Shown here: positions 9,302 to 18,304 of the stretch, in pieces
Numbering within the stretch: position 1 is the stretch's first letter
Layout: each line of letters starts with the position of its first letter
Origin: a virus
Reading direction: 5' to 3' (one strand)
Length of the DNA stretch: 64,000 nt
IMG/VR virus record: IMGVR_UViG_3300019458_000022
The notes under the pieces: generated by a model
What the model saw: only the letters and a program-made list of their open reading frames with translations
What the model was told of the DNA's origin: nothing
Databases searched by the model: none
Made by a program: the position numbers and the translations under genes

Positions 9302-9309
9302 GGTTCCTC

Positions 9310-9672
9310 CTAGCCCTTCTTCAAAAGCTCGATCCCGTGGAGCCCGTGGATGTCCAGATACTCCGTACGGATCTCCGCGACCGACGTCGTCCATCGGCCC
9401 ACCCTCCCGCGTTTCAGCCGCCAGGAGAAGGCTTCGGAATGGTCGTGGAGCAGCTTGTCCCCCTGCTTGGCAAAGGCGCCGACCTCGTGGATCGGACGCA
9501 CTTCGGCCGGTCCCGAGAACTTCAGGACGACGAAGTGCGTGTAGCCCAGGCGCTTGGCTTCGGCGAGGACGCCCTCGTAGTTGGTGTACCAGAAGTCGAT
9601 GTACGTGAACCGCTTGTAGCGGATGCCCCGGACGATCTTCTCCTGGGTCTGGCTCCGGTACTGGGTCTTCAT
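9310..9672 (-). CDS. hypothetical protein
   Basis: ATG 9672; aromatic-rich natural composition. Confidence 0.6.
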   Translation of the reverse strand: MKTQYRSQTQEKIVRGIRYKRFTYIDFWYTNYEGVLAEAKRLGYTHFVVLKFSGPAEVRPIHEVGAFAKQGDKLLHDHSEAFSWRLKRGRVGRWTTSVAEIRTEYLDIHGLHGIELLKKG

Positions 9673-9721
9673 CGGGTCTTCGTTCCTTTCGCGGCCTTCT
9701 GGACGAGTTCGACGGCCCCCC

Positions 9722-11428
9722 TCATGCCTGGCCTCCCTCGAACGGAATCCCTTCCTCGCCTCCCCAGAAGTCGCCGTGGCGGTCGCAGCGGCACTTCGGG
9801 CAGACCTCGGTCTTGGGCGCGTTATAGGTCCCGCACCCGTAGCCTCCGCACTTGACGTAGCCCTTGGGGGTCCCGCAGACGTCCTCGACGCCGGGCTCTC
9901 CGGGGCGCGCGACCTTGTTCGTGCAGGTCTTGGCCTTCCGCACGTTGTACTGGAAGCACCTGTTGCACCGCCAGGACTTGAGGTCGTGCCCGCACTCGCA
10001 GACCTTGACCTCGGGCCGGTTGACGTGCGAGCAGGCCAGGCAGCACCAGGAGCCGCGCGCGGTCCCGCAGTGGCAGGTGTCGGCCGGGTTCTCGGAATGG
10101 GGGACGTTCTCGCTGCGGCAACGGTTGTCCGGGCAGAACCAGGTCCCCTCGACCGCGCAGCGCGTGAGGACCGTCTGCTTGATCCCCTTGTACTCGTCAT
10201 GCTTCTTGACCGTGGCCTTGATCTGGTAGGTCTTCCCGACCTCAAGCTCGCCGTTCGTCGCGAACCAGGTCACGACGTTCCCCTTGGGGTCCACCATCTT
10301 GTGGATGTAGGTGACGCCGAACTCGCTCTGCGAGTTGATGACCTTCGTGACCGTCAGCGTGAAGACCTCGCGCGCGCCGACCGTCCCGAAGTGCTCGCTC
10401 TTGGCCTCCCGCTCGTACCGGATCTTCTGCTCGGCCACGAAGCCCATCTCGCGCTTGTAGACGGTGATCAGGCTCGCGGCGATCCCGAAACCCTTCTCGA
10501 CGACCGCGTCCCGGGAGCAGACCGCCACGAGGTTGAACTCGTAGTCGTTCTTCTCGGCCTTCTCGGCGAGGGTCCCGCGGAGCCACGCGAGCGCGTCCTG
10601 GGCGAGCTTCGCGTCCTCGGTCACGGGGACCGGGGGCTGCTCCTTGGCGCCGGGGAAGGGAGTCATCCACGCGAACGCGAGGTCGGCCGTGGCCGACCGC
10701 ATCTCGCCCTCGGGAAGCTGCCGGGCCTTGGACCGGGAGAGCCAGCCCTCGGTCCGGACGGCGAGCGCCACGTAGGAGAGGTAGTCGGCGAGCCAGATCA
10801 CGCGGGCGCCGCCGCCCCATCCAGCGCCCTCGGCCTCGGAGAGGACGTCGCCCACCGACAGGAGGTACTCGGCGGCCTGGAGGATCTGCTCGGGGTCCTG
10901 GTGCCCAAGGAAGTCGGCGATGCACTGCCGTCCGACCTGCTTCCACTCCCCGTTCTCGTTCCGGACGACGAAGGTCTCCTTCCGGCGCCGGAGGTACCCG
11001 CAGTGGTCGCAGGTAGCCTTGGCCTCGCGGTAGGTCTTGGGAAGCTCCTTGCCCGGCACCGCCCGGAGGAGGACAGCCGCGTCGTTCTCGCCGTTGGCGG
11101 CCAGGTGCTGGATCGTGCCCATGAACTCCCACCCGGCGAACTTGGGGGTCCCCCCCTCGATCGAGACCTCGTAGACCACCTTGGTCCGGGTGACGGGCTT
11201 GCCGTCGCCGTCCCGGAGGACGGAGACGCCGTCCGGGTCCAGGTTGTCCCGGACCGGCTCCTCCCGCTTGATGGGCTCGGAGACCTTGAGGACGACCGGC
11301 GGGCAGCCGATCTTGTCCGCCCGCTTCACGAGCGCCAGGATGCGCTCCTGGAGCCGGGGCAGGTTCTCCGCCGGGATCAGGTGGACCTTGGGGTCCTCGG
11401 CCATCTTCGTCTCCGCGTTTGTCAGCAT
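9722..11428 (-). CDS. phage-type protein with OB-fold-like domain and multiple C-terminal Zn ribbons
   Basis: SEHFGTVGAREVF...IKATVKKHDEYKGIKQTVLTRC; WFCPDNRC, WCCLACSHVN, WRCNRCFQYN, CGTYN...CPKC. Confidence 0.75.
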   Translation of the reverse strand: MLTNAETKMAEDPKVHLIPAENLPRLQERILALVKRADKIGCPPVVLKVSEPIKREEPVRDNLDPDGVSVLRDGDGKPVTRTKVVYEVSIEGGTPKFAGWEFMGTIQHLAANGENDAAVLLRAVPGKELPKTYREAKATCDHCGYLRRRKETFVVRNENGEWKQVGRQCIADFLGHQDPEQILQAAEYLLSVGDVLSEAEGAGWGGGARVIWLADYLSYVALAVRTEGWLSRSKARQLPEGEMRSATADLAFAWMTPFPGAKEQPPVPVTEDAKLAQDALAWLRGTLAEKAEKNDYEFNLVAVCSRDAVVEKGFGIAASLITVYKREMGFVAEQKIRYEREAKSEHFGTVGAREVFTLTVTKVINSQSEFGVTYIHKMVDPKGNVVTWFATNGELEVGKTYQIKATVKKHDEYKGIKQTVLTRCAVEGTWFCPDNRCRSENVPHSENPADTCHCGTARGSWCCLACSHVNRPEVKVCECGHDLKSWRCNRCFQYNVRKAKTCTNKVARPGEPGVEDVCGTPKGYVKCGGYGCGTYNAPKTEVCPKCRCDRHGDFWGGEEGIPFEGGQA

Positions 11429-11439
11429 GCCCTCTCTAT

Positions 11440-11455
11440 TGCAAAACGTGTGCCA
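11440..11455 (-). promoter_or_regulatory. sigma54 promoter 4 (TGGCACACGTTTTGCA)
   Basis: consensus; A-tract inverted repeat CTCAAAAAC...GTTTTTGAG; CTGCCA-N3-TGGCAG at 11558-11572. Confidence 0.85.
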
Positions 11456-11577
11456 CAGTAGCTACTGTTTAACCCCTCAAAAACGAGCGAATTTCGAGGT
11501 TTTTGAGGGTTCCGGACTGCCATGGGGGTGCCCGGACTGGCTGTCAAACCGGCCTGCCTGCCACGGTGGCAGCCGCT

Positions 11578-12615
11578 TTAGCCCGGCGGGAACGCGCTCC
11601 GCGTGGCCCTTTTCCAGCCTGGAGGAGGCCGCCAAGGAGGGAGGGGCTCCGCGAAGACCTCCTCCACGGGGTAGAGGGGCTCCCTCTGGAACAGCATGTA
11701 TACATCATGGGTCGGTTCGCCTGGACGGGTGTCGATCCTGGAATCGAACCAGACGATCCCGTCGTAGTTCGCGCGCTCGATGTTCTCGCGGAAGTCCCGG
11801 ATGTAGTCCGCGTCTAGCAGGAGAGCCTGCATGATCCGGGAGGCTCGGTGGTCGAAACGCGCGGTCCCCGGCGGATGGACTTCCAGATGCTCGAAGTCAT
11901 CCGGCGCAAGGTGCTCTCGCGCCCTCGGCCAGTTGAGGAAGAAGGCGTCGAAATCGTCGGTGTGCGCTTCCAGGTAGCGCCCAGCCGGAAGCTCGAAAGC
12001 GTAGACGATCGGCCCGTAGAACGTCCTCGCATGGATCGGCGAGGATGTGAACCAGGTGCCCATCGAGTTGTAGTTCCGGATGGGTCTTGGATCGAGCCGA
12101 TCGAGCGGCTTGTGGCTGGCGAAGTAGACGATCGTTTCCGGAGGCCCTTCCAGCGAGGCCGGAGGAGGAAAACTGAGGACGTACCGGCCGTAATCGAAGT
12201 TCCGGTCCTCAAGCTCTGGAGGCCCCGGGACCTCCCAAAACGCGCGCCCCTTCCGGACCTGTTTGTGCCAGAACTCGGCCGCTTCGTCTGAAAGCACCGT
12301 GTCCGAACAGAGCGCGACGCCGCTTTCCGCCGACAGGCGCGCGGCCTCCTCGTAGAGCGCCGTCCCAACCCCGGTCCGCCGCCATGCCGGATAGACTTCG
12401 ATGCCGGAGACCTGGTAGCAGGCGGTCCTCGGCTCGAACGGGCGACCCCTCCCGCCTACGACATCGCCCTTCCGAATGGTGATCCAGCCCACTTGCTCAT
12501 AGCCGGTATGCTGGCGGGGAACGAAAGCCGAGATGCTTATGGTGTTGTGCCTGGGCTCCAGCCCTCGGTACCGGAACACTAGCTCCTTTCCGGCCCTGGT
12601 CAACCTCACGTCCAT
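11578..12615 (-). CDS. GNAT acetyltransferase fused to an ADP-ribosyltransferase-like (polyvalent-type) domain
   Basis: IEVYPAWRRTGVGTALY (GNAT motif A); GTWFTSSPIHARTFYG and YDGIVW resemble ART-PolyVal; ART call weaker. Confidence 0.6.
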   Translation of the reverse strand: MDVRLTRAGKELVFRYRGLEPRHNTISISAFVPRQHTGYEQVGWITIRKGDVVGGRGRPFEPRTACYQVSGIEVYPAWRRTGVGTALYEEAARLSAESGVALCSDTVLSDEAAEFWHKQVRKGRAFWEVPGPPELEDRNFDYGRYVLSFPPPASLEGPPETIVYFASHKPLDRLDPRPIRNYNSMGTWFTSSPIHARTFYGPIVYAFELPAGRYLEAHTDDFDAFFLNWPRAREHLAPDDFEHLEVHPPGTARFDHRASRIMQALLLDADYIRDFRENIERANYDGIVWFDSRIDTRPGEPTHDVYMLFQREPLYPVEEVFAEPLPPWRPPPGWKRATRSAFPPG

Positions 12616-12710
12616 CGCTTCTCCAGTTTAGCCGCCCTTGAACGGTGAAGCACGATCTTAGATGCGCTTGTCGGAGAATCCAATCTTTGAGGAAGCGGGC
12701 TGTCCGCCGT

Positions 12711-13898
12711 CTACGGCTTTTCGACTCGGTAGCGCTGGTCCAGGGTCTCGGCTAACTCGGGGCCGCGCCAGAAGGGCTCGATCCAGCGCTGGACGCTCGC
12801 CCAGCCGTCTTCGACCACGACCGCCGCCTTCCGGTCGGCCTCGGACAGGTTCTCCTCCTTGAGCCAGTAGCGCCGAAAGTGTCCCCTGACCTGGTGCCTG
12901 AATTTGAAATACCTGGTCTTCCCGACCCGGATCTCCTCGGTGCCGCTTTCGACCGCGTGGGACGGGACCTGGATCGTCCGCCCCACGTAGTAATAGTCGA
13001 GCGCGGACCGCCGAGCCGCCCGGCGCGCGGCCTTCTTCGCTTTTCCGCCCTTCGCGTGTTCGGCCTTCGCCAGGAACTCCGCGGCGGGCGCCTTGCAGAA
13101 CTCGACCTGGGAGCCGGACGAGTTGATGTAGGCGATCGTGAGGAGCGCAAGCTCCATCACCGTGCTGAAATCGTCCATGCTGTCCTTGTAGTCCGGGTTC
13201 CCGTCCATCTTGTACTTCACCGTGGTCGAAATGAACTTGTCGTCGATGATCTCGGTGTCCGGGAATTCCCAGGGAAGGCCGCTGTGGAGCACGTTTCCGA
13301 CGAACCGGTCAGGATAAGCCGGGTCTCCCTCCGAGATCGCCACGAACCGAAGGTGCTTGACACGGAACGTCTTGAGTTCGGCGTTCGGGTCCCGCATCAG
13401 AAGTCCCAGGAGGCTGTAATCCCTGGTTCCCCACCACTCCTTGTCGATGTACTCCTCATCGACCTCGAACACGTAGACGCCGTCGATCGGGAGCCAGGAA
13501 CCGTCGTAGGGAACGTAGAGATGCACCGGGCGCCCATCGAACCGGATGAAAATGCATGGAAATGGGAGCTTGAGGAAGCCCTTCGCGCACTTGAGGTCGG
13601 TCTGAAGAAGAAGCTTCCCGAGGCTCTCCGATACCGTGAATACCTTCTTCCCGGATGTCCAGAAGCTGAACATCGCCTGCTGCTCGTTGACGATCGTGCT
13701 TATGTTCGTCGTCTGAGCCGCGGGCGACCGATCTCTCAGGTAGATCGAAAGCGCGGTCCGCATGACCGGATCATGCCGCATGAGCGACATCTGGGTAGGT
13801 ATACCGGGACCGATCTTGGACCGCGTGATCCGCCAGTCCTCCTCGATCATCGGGAAGTCGATGCCCTTGAAGACCGATTCGAAATGGGTCGGTTTCAT
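12711..13898 (-). CDS. AcrVA2/FinQ-like phage protein, paralog 1
   Basis: W...VFTVSESLGKLLLQTDL...LPFPCIFI; YYVGRTI; HQVRGHFRRYW; RWIEPFWRG. Confidence 0.5.
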   Translation of the reverse strand: MKPTHFESVFKGIDFPMIEEDWRITRSKIGPGIPTQMSLMRHDPVMRTALSIYLRDRSPAAQTTNISTIVNEQQAMFSFWTSGKKVFTVSESLGKLLLQTDLKCAKGFLKLPFPCIFIRFDGRPVHLYVPYDGSWLPIDGVYVFEVDEEYIDKEWWGTRDYSLLGLLMRDPNAELKTFRVKHLRFVAISEGDPAYPDRFVGNVLHSGLPWEFPDTEIIDDKFISTTVKYKMDGNPDYKDSMDDFSTVMELALLTIAYINSSGSQVEFCKAPAAEFLAKAEHAKGGKAKKAARRAARRSALDYYYVGRTIQVPSHAVESGTEEIRVGKTRYFKFRHQVRGHFRRYWLKEENLSEADRKAAVVVEDGWASVQRWIEPFWRGPELAETLDQRYRVEKP

Positions 13899-14113
13899 GA
13901 ACGTCCGCCCATCTCCAAGAGTTTGGCACCCGCCTCTTTCGCCAGACGGTGGATCGCGTCCAGGTGCCGGGAGATCACATAACGCTCGCCGTCCCTCACC
14001 TTGCCCTCGCGGTTAGGGTCGAGCTTGTCGGCCGTCACGATCGCCTTGTACGCGAGCTTCGCCAGGACCACCTGGACCTCTTCGCGTTCACGACTCGTCA
14101 GCTTCGCCTTCAT
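13895..14113 (-). CDS. hypothetical protein
   Basis: GGAAGGAG RBS; overlap with next gene. Confidence 0.65.
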   Translation of the reverse strand: MKAKLTSREREEVQVVLAKLAYKAIVTADKLDPNREGKVRDGERYVISRHLDAIHRLAKEAGAKLLEMGGRS

Positions 14114-14139
14114 TGTTCGCTCCTTCCGTCTGAGCCACC

Positions 14140-14216
14140 GGATAGGGATGCCGAAGTCTTTCTTTCGGGTGGAGACCCTCGGCTTAGAACCCACCCTGAG
14201 CAATTAAGCCCTATCC
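14140..14216 (-). ncRNA. candidate structured RNA: three-way junction with kissing loops in a 5' leader
   Basis: P1 GGATAGGG/CCCTATCC; P2 CTTA/TAAG; P3 CCGAG-G-GTCT/AGAC-TTCGG; loop-loop GGGTGG/CCACCC. Confidence 0.4.
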
Positions 14217-14250
14217 GCCCGGCCGGGTCCTTTCCCCTGCCAGCCCGGCA

Positions 14251-14610
14251 TCAGGTAGGGGACCCTTTCTTCGCCTTCCTTCCTCCACGGTGACGCCGCT
14301 GCCGTATGACGACCCGTCCAGCCTCCTTCCACGAGAGCCGCCAGACGCTCCCGTGTCGGCAGATCCAGGTACCCGAGTCCGTAAGGAGCTTCCCGCCCGT
14401 CGTCGCCGAGCAGCCGCAGACGAGGACGCCCGCACCCATTCTGCCCGACCGGAGCGCCTTCCGGCACTCGCGGCACTGGCTCTGGAGGCCGTCCTGCCGA
14501 GCATCGTTCGCATCGAACCGGTCGAGCGGCAGCGGCTTCTCGCACGCGGGGCAATACTTGAGATAGCCTCGCGTGAGCGCCTTCCTGTTCCAGCCCTTCG
14601 GTAGCTTCAT
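14251..14610 (-). CDS. Zn-finger protein (HNH-associated-type finger, no HNH domain)
   Basis: KYCPACEKPLPLDRF...DGLQSQCRECR. Confidence 0.65.
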   Translation of the reverse strand: MKLPKGWNRKALTRGYLKYCPACEKPLPLDRFDANDARQDGLQSQCRECRKALRSGRMGAGVLVCGCSATTGGKLLTDSGTWICRHGSVWRLSWKEAGRVVIRQRRHRGGRKAKKGSPT

Positions 14611-14624
14611 GGGGCCTTTTACGC

Positions 14625-14642
14625 ACACACGTTAACAAGTGT
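14625..14642. promoter_or_regulatory. palindromic operator 1 over sigma70 promoter TTGCTT-N17-TAACGT (minus)
   Basis: ACACACGTTAACAAGTGT. Confidence 0.7.
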
Positions 14643-14766
14643 GACGGGGAAAAGCAAGCCTCGGGACAAGAACGAACGTGGCCCGCTGGGCGATATACTT
14701 CCGGACGTGCGCTCGGACGAGCCCCACGCTCGGAAGGCCGGTCCGCTTGTGGTCCCAGCGCTTCAT
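14632..14766 (-). CDS. small basic hypothetical protein
   Basis: ATG overlaps HD gene stop; 44 aa. Confidence 0.35.
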   Translation of the reverse strand: MKRWDHKRTGLPSVGLVRAHVRKYIAQRATFVLVPRLAFPRHTC

Positions 14767-15284
14767 CGCGCGCCCTTCGGAAGGAGCGCGAGAGCGCGCT
14801 CGATGAGTTCGGCCTTGAGCCCGGTATCGGCCTCGCCGATGGCCTCGACGAGGCGGAACGATTCGTCGGCGTAGAGCCGGGCGAAGTCCTCGGGGGCTCC
14901 GGTCATCTCGGTCAGGTTGTCGATCCGGTCGATGAGCTTGATGATCTTGACTTGCCAAGGGGCGCGCGCCAGGTGCTCCCGGTCCATCTTCTTCCGTTCC
15001 GCGCGCAAGATCTTCAAGCCTTTCGACGGATTCGTCATCCATCGCACGAACCCGGCGACCTCGGGGTTCGTCTCCCGGCGGATGGTCTCGATCAGAACCG
15101 TCGTGTCCTCGACCACGTCATGAAGGAACGCCGCCGCGACCATGTCCTCCGTCGCGTCCGGGTGGATGGCCACGCGCCCCGCCACGCGCGCCGGATGGAC
15201 GACGTAGGGGAGGTCGTTGTACTTCCGCCGTTGGCCGCTATGGGCCTCCCGCGCGAGCGCCGCCGCCTTGAGGATCAGGTTCAT
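14763..15284 (-). CDS. Mesh1/SpoT-type HD-domain (p)ppGpp hydrolase-like protein 1
   Basis: AHSGQRRK...PYVVHP, AAFLHDVVEDT, IKLIDRIDN. Confidence 0.85.
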   Translation of the reverse strand: MNLILKAAALAREAHSGQRRKYNDLPYVVHPARVAGRVAIHPDATEDMVAAAFLHDVVEDTTVLIETIRRETNPEVAGFVRWMTNPSKGLKILRAERKKMDREHLARAPWQVKIIKLIDRIDNLTEMTGAPEDFARLYADESFRLVEAIGEADTGLKAELIERALALLPKGAR

Positions 15285-15294
15285 CGCTCCCTCG

Positions 15295-17310
15295 TTAGTC
15301 TTCGTCATTGGGCTTCGGCGTCCGCCGCGTGACGCCGTGGTCCTTGCAGATCTTGTTGAAGCTGTGCTTGCTCAGTCCCAGGATGACCTCGAAATGGAGC
15401 GAACGCCATGGGTTCTCCAGCTTCCAGTCCATGGGATCGAGACGGTTGAGGATCGAATTCCCCGAATATCGGTCGTTCCGGTACCAGTGCTGGAGAACGT
15501 CCGGGAGATCCTTGACCTTGCATCCGGCGAGGTCCGCGAGGGACACGGGCGTCCACGGATGGAAGTACGTCCAGACGGATGCGGTCTCCCCGCTCAACCA
15601 GCAGTAGGCGTCCTCGCGCCCCTCCGGATGCCGGAAGAGCCGGACCATGTCGCGCGTATGCCGCCAAGGAAAGCTCTTCTTCGTCCACTGGAATAGGATC
15701 TCCCCCTTCTTTGGAGCGCCGTGGTCGAAGGAGGAGTCGAAGCTGTCTTCGGTGGACCGTCCCTGGATCTCGGACTTGAACGTCCCGAGCGCCGCCGCCT
15801 TGAGAAGCCGGGGCAGGTTCGCCTCGACATGCTCCCGATACCAGGCGGTGACCTCGTCTTTCCGGGCGTCGAACTCCCGGTTGGCTTCGGCCTGGATGAC
15901 GCAAGCTTCGTTATAGCGGGCGATCCACCGGCGATCCGACTCCATCTTCTCGGGAGTCCCGAAGCTCGTGGGATCGACGGCCACGAGGGAAAGGTCCGTG
16001 TTCTTCGAGTGGATGATCGCGTTCGTGTTGGCGATCTGCCCGTCCGGCGCCCAGTTCTTGGGCACCAGCTTCCCTGGTTTCGCCTTGGTGCCGTCCAAAA
16101 GGCGGTAGACCTTGCCCCCGCCGATCAGGTTATAGACCTGGTTGGGGACCTTGTCCTTGTAGCGGTCTTCCAGCCAATCGTTCTGGCCGGTGGGCTTCCG
16201 CTCGAAGACGTGCGCGAGCTTCTCGCGGGCCATATCGGCGCCCGTCAGTTCCTTGACGGCCGCGAACCCGGGAGCGATGAGGGCGCCCTTCGCCTTCGGC
16301 GCCGGGAGCGCCGCGACCATCCCTTCCCCGAGATAGGAGAGCGTCAGCGGCTTGGGCTCCTCCCGCCAATGCTCCTGGGCGAGGAGATCGAACATCATCA
16401 TCGCCCAAAGCGCCTGGTCCTTCTCCAGTTCCCGGATGGGCTTCACGCGGACCGCCTGGATATTGACCGGCGAGAGCGCGCTTTTTGCCTTCTCGCCGCG
16501 GTACTTCCCGTCGTCCGTGAACTCGAAGTCGAAAAGCTGGTAGGGGAACCGGAGCCGGAACGCGCGGTCCTCGTACCGGCGCTCCTGGGCCCGCGCCCGG
16601 CTCATGTACTTGTGGAGGGGGTGCGGGTCGTCCGGGATGTCCGAGTAGATCGCGATGTTCTCGCCGTTCTTCACCAGGAAGCAGAAATAAGAATGGAGGT
16701 CCACGGGATCGCGGACCATCACCATCGAGATCCCATCCTCGGGCTGCACTTCCGCGAACCGGACGACGGAGTTCATGTTCCAGAACTTTGCGATGATCGG
16801 GTTGTATTTGGGCTTCGAGGAACCGCGTTTCCCGGCCGAGAAATGATGGATCTGGAGCGTCTTGAAGCCCCGGAGCGCGTCGCGCCGGATGTAGGCCAGT
16901 TCCTGGACCTCGTCGATCAGGTCCCCGAAGATCCCATCCAGATCCGTGGCTTTCGCCATGGCCTTGAGGTCGCCCTGGAACGCCTTGACCTCGGCGAGGC
17001 ACTCGGGAGTGTTGAGGATCGAAAGGAGCCGCCGGAGCTTCTCCGTCCGCTTGAGGACGTCATCCGGGTTCTCCAGGAACTCCAGGGCATTGAACTCCCG
17101 GCTCTCGGCGAACTTGCGGGCTTCGGACCGGAGCACCATGAACGTCGTCAGCGCCGTATGGTCGAGATCCTGGGATTCGCGGATCGTCTGGTTCGACTTG
17201 TAGACCCCGAACTCGCCCATGCTCCAGGACATCTGCATGGGATCGACCCCGGTCGCGTCGATCCAGAGGTTGAGCGCCTTGTTGATGACGTCGTAGATGG
17301 CCTTGTTCAC
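15295..17310 (-). CDS. large hypothetical protein (671 aa)
   Basis: long ORF with GTG start; no motif recognised. Confidence 0.75.
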   Translation of the reverse strand: MNKAIYDVINKALNLWIDATGVDPMQMSWSMGEFGVYKSNQTIRESQDLDHTALTTFMVLRSEARKFAESREFNALEFLENPDDVLKRTEKLRRLLSILNTPECLAEVKAFQGDLKAMAKATDLDGIFGDLIDEVQELAYIRRDALRGFKTLQIHHFSAGKRGSSKPKYNPIIAKFWNMNSVVRFAEVQPEDGISMVMVRDPVDLHSYFCFLVKNGENIAIYSDIPDDPHPLHKYMSRARAQERRYEDRAFRLRFPYQLFDFEFTDDGKYRGEKAKSALSPVNIQAVRVKPIRELEKDQALWAMMMFDLLAQEHWREEPKPLTLSYLGEGMVAALPAPKAKGALIAPGFAAVKELTGADMAREKLAHVFERKPTGQNDWLEDRYKDKVPNQVYNLIGGGKVYRLLDGTKAKPGKLVPKNWAPDGQIANTNAIIHSKNTDLSLVAVDPTSFGTPEKMESDRRWIARYNEACVIQAEANREFDARKDEVTAWYREHVEANLPRLLKAAALGTFKSEIQGRSTEDSFDSSFDHGAPKKGEILFQWTKKSFPWRHTRDMVRLFRHPEGREDAYCWLSGETASVWTYFHPWTPVSLADLAGCKVKDLPDVLQHWYRNDRYSGNSILNRLDPMDWKLENPWRSLHFEVILGLSKHSFNKICKDHGVTRRTPKPNDED

Positions 17311-17313
17311 GGT

Positions 17314-17523
17314 CTACCCCGGCAAGAGATCCCGGGCGTCCACGTAGTAGGTCTTGCCGTCGAGGCACAGCACTTCGACGTCGTCGCGCGTCAGGTCGAA
17401 GCTCGGGCCGAGGTCCCGGACCACGAGCATGAGCCCCGAGCACGGCTCCGCGTACTTCCCGGAAGTCCGGGCGTCCTTCGTGATCTCAACCAGCGTCGCC
17501 TGAGGGATCGGTCTCGTCATCAT
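17314..17523 (-). CDS. small beta-barrel-like hypothetical protein
   Basis: start overlaps upstream stop. Confidence 0.6.
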   Translation of the reverse strand: MMTRPIPQATLVEITKDARTSGKYAEPCSGLMLVVRDLGPSFDLTRDDVEVLCLDGKTYYVDARDLLPG

Positions 17524-17846
17524 AGGTGTTCGTGCGCGAGCTTGTAGCCATCCCCGTAGATCGCCTCCGCGATCTGGTAGACGAGATGGAAGGCCATGTC
17601 CATCCCGCAGCCCTGGACCTTGACGGCGCCGTCGTCGGTCCAGGTCCAGCCGAGGGCCCGGGAGGCCAGGTGCGAGAGGTTGACGACCTTCCCCTTGACC
17701 ACCGCGATCGGGGCGATCCGGCGCATCATGCCGCTCCGGGCGACGTGCTTGACGACCGTGTACACGGTCGCGCCCGGCGGCACGAGCTTCTTGAGCGACT
17801 CCGTGGCCCGCTCCCGGTCTGCGTCCTTCTCCGCGGTCTTCGGCAT
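17520..17846 (-). CDS. conserved phage-type hypothetical protein
   Basis: TVYTVVKHVARSGMMRRI, GCGMDMAFHLVY, recognised from phage proteins. Confidence 0.75.
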   Translation of the reverse strand: MPKTAEKDADRERATESLKKLVPPGATVYTVVKHVARSGMMRRIAPIAVVKGKVVNLSHLASRALGWTWTDDGAVKVQGCGMDMAFHLVYQIAEAIYGDGYKLAHEHL

Positions 17847-17858
17847 CGTTCGTCCTCC

Positions 17859-18089
17859 TTAGGAAATTGGAGTCAAGGAATCCACGACGACGTCCATGGC
17901 GTCTCGAAGTTTCTCCATGGCTTCCGGATAAAGCCGTTTCCCGTCGTTCAGCGATCCGTGGACCTGGCCCATCGACCGAAGGGCGTATCGCAGGGCCCTT
18001 TCCATGTCCCGGTAGACCTTGATGCTGACGAGCCCGGTTTCGGGAGCGCGCCTCTTAAAACCTTCGACTTTGACGGGTTCCTTGCTCAT
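17859..18089 (-). CDS. hypothetical protein
   Basis: overlap packing. Confidence 0.6.
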   Translation of the reverse strand: MSKEPVKVEGFKRRAPETGLVSIKVYRDMERALRYALRSMGQVHGSLNDGKRLYPEAMEKLRDAMDVVVDSLTPIS

Positions 18090-18280
18090 ACGGTCATCTC
18101 GCGATTCTCGGCATCGCGCGCCTTGTTCTCAAGCCAGTCGCAGAGGCGCGTCCGCCAGCCTCCGAGGTTTCCGTTACAGCAGAACGGATGCTGCCATCGG
18201 CTCCGGGGCGTATAGGGATAGCCCGCGTGCCAGAGCGCGCGGAGCGCCCACCAGAAGCTGGCCACCGTGAACCTATCCAT
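18086..18280 (-). CDS. hypothetical protein
   Basis: overlap packing; W-rich. Confidence 0.55.
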   Translation of the reverse strand: MDRFTVASFWWALRALWHAGYPYTPRSRWQHPFCCNGNLGGWRTRLCDWLENKARDAENREMTV

Positions 18281-18304
18281 GCCGATTCTCGTTCGCCCGA
18301 TCGC

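Noticed and set aside
9623-11461. Long plus-strand ORFs (also 15721-17547, 19281-20669, 32684-34000)
   Set aside because: Antisense shadows of real minus-strand genes caused by GC-rich codon bias; no motifs or RBS
14170-14200. Twister, pistol or HDV ribozyme call
   Set aside because: GGTTCTAAGCC matches one loop only; required helix order is not met
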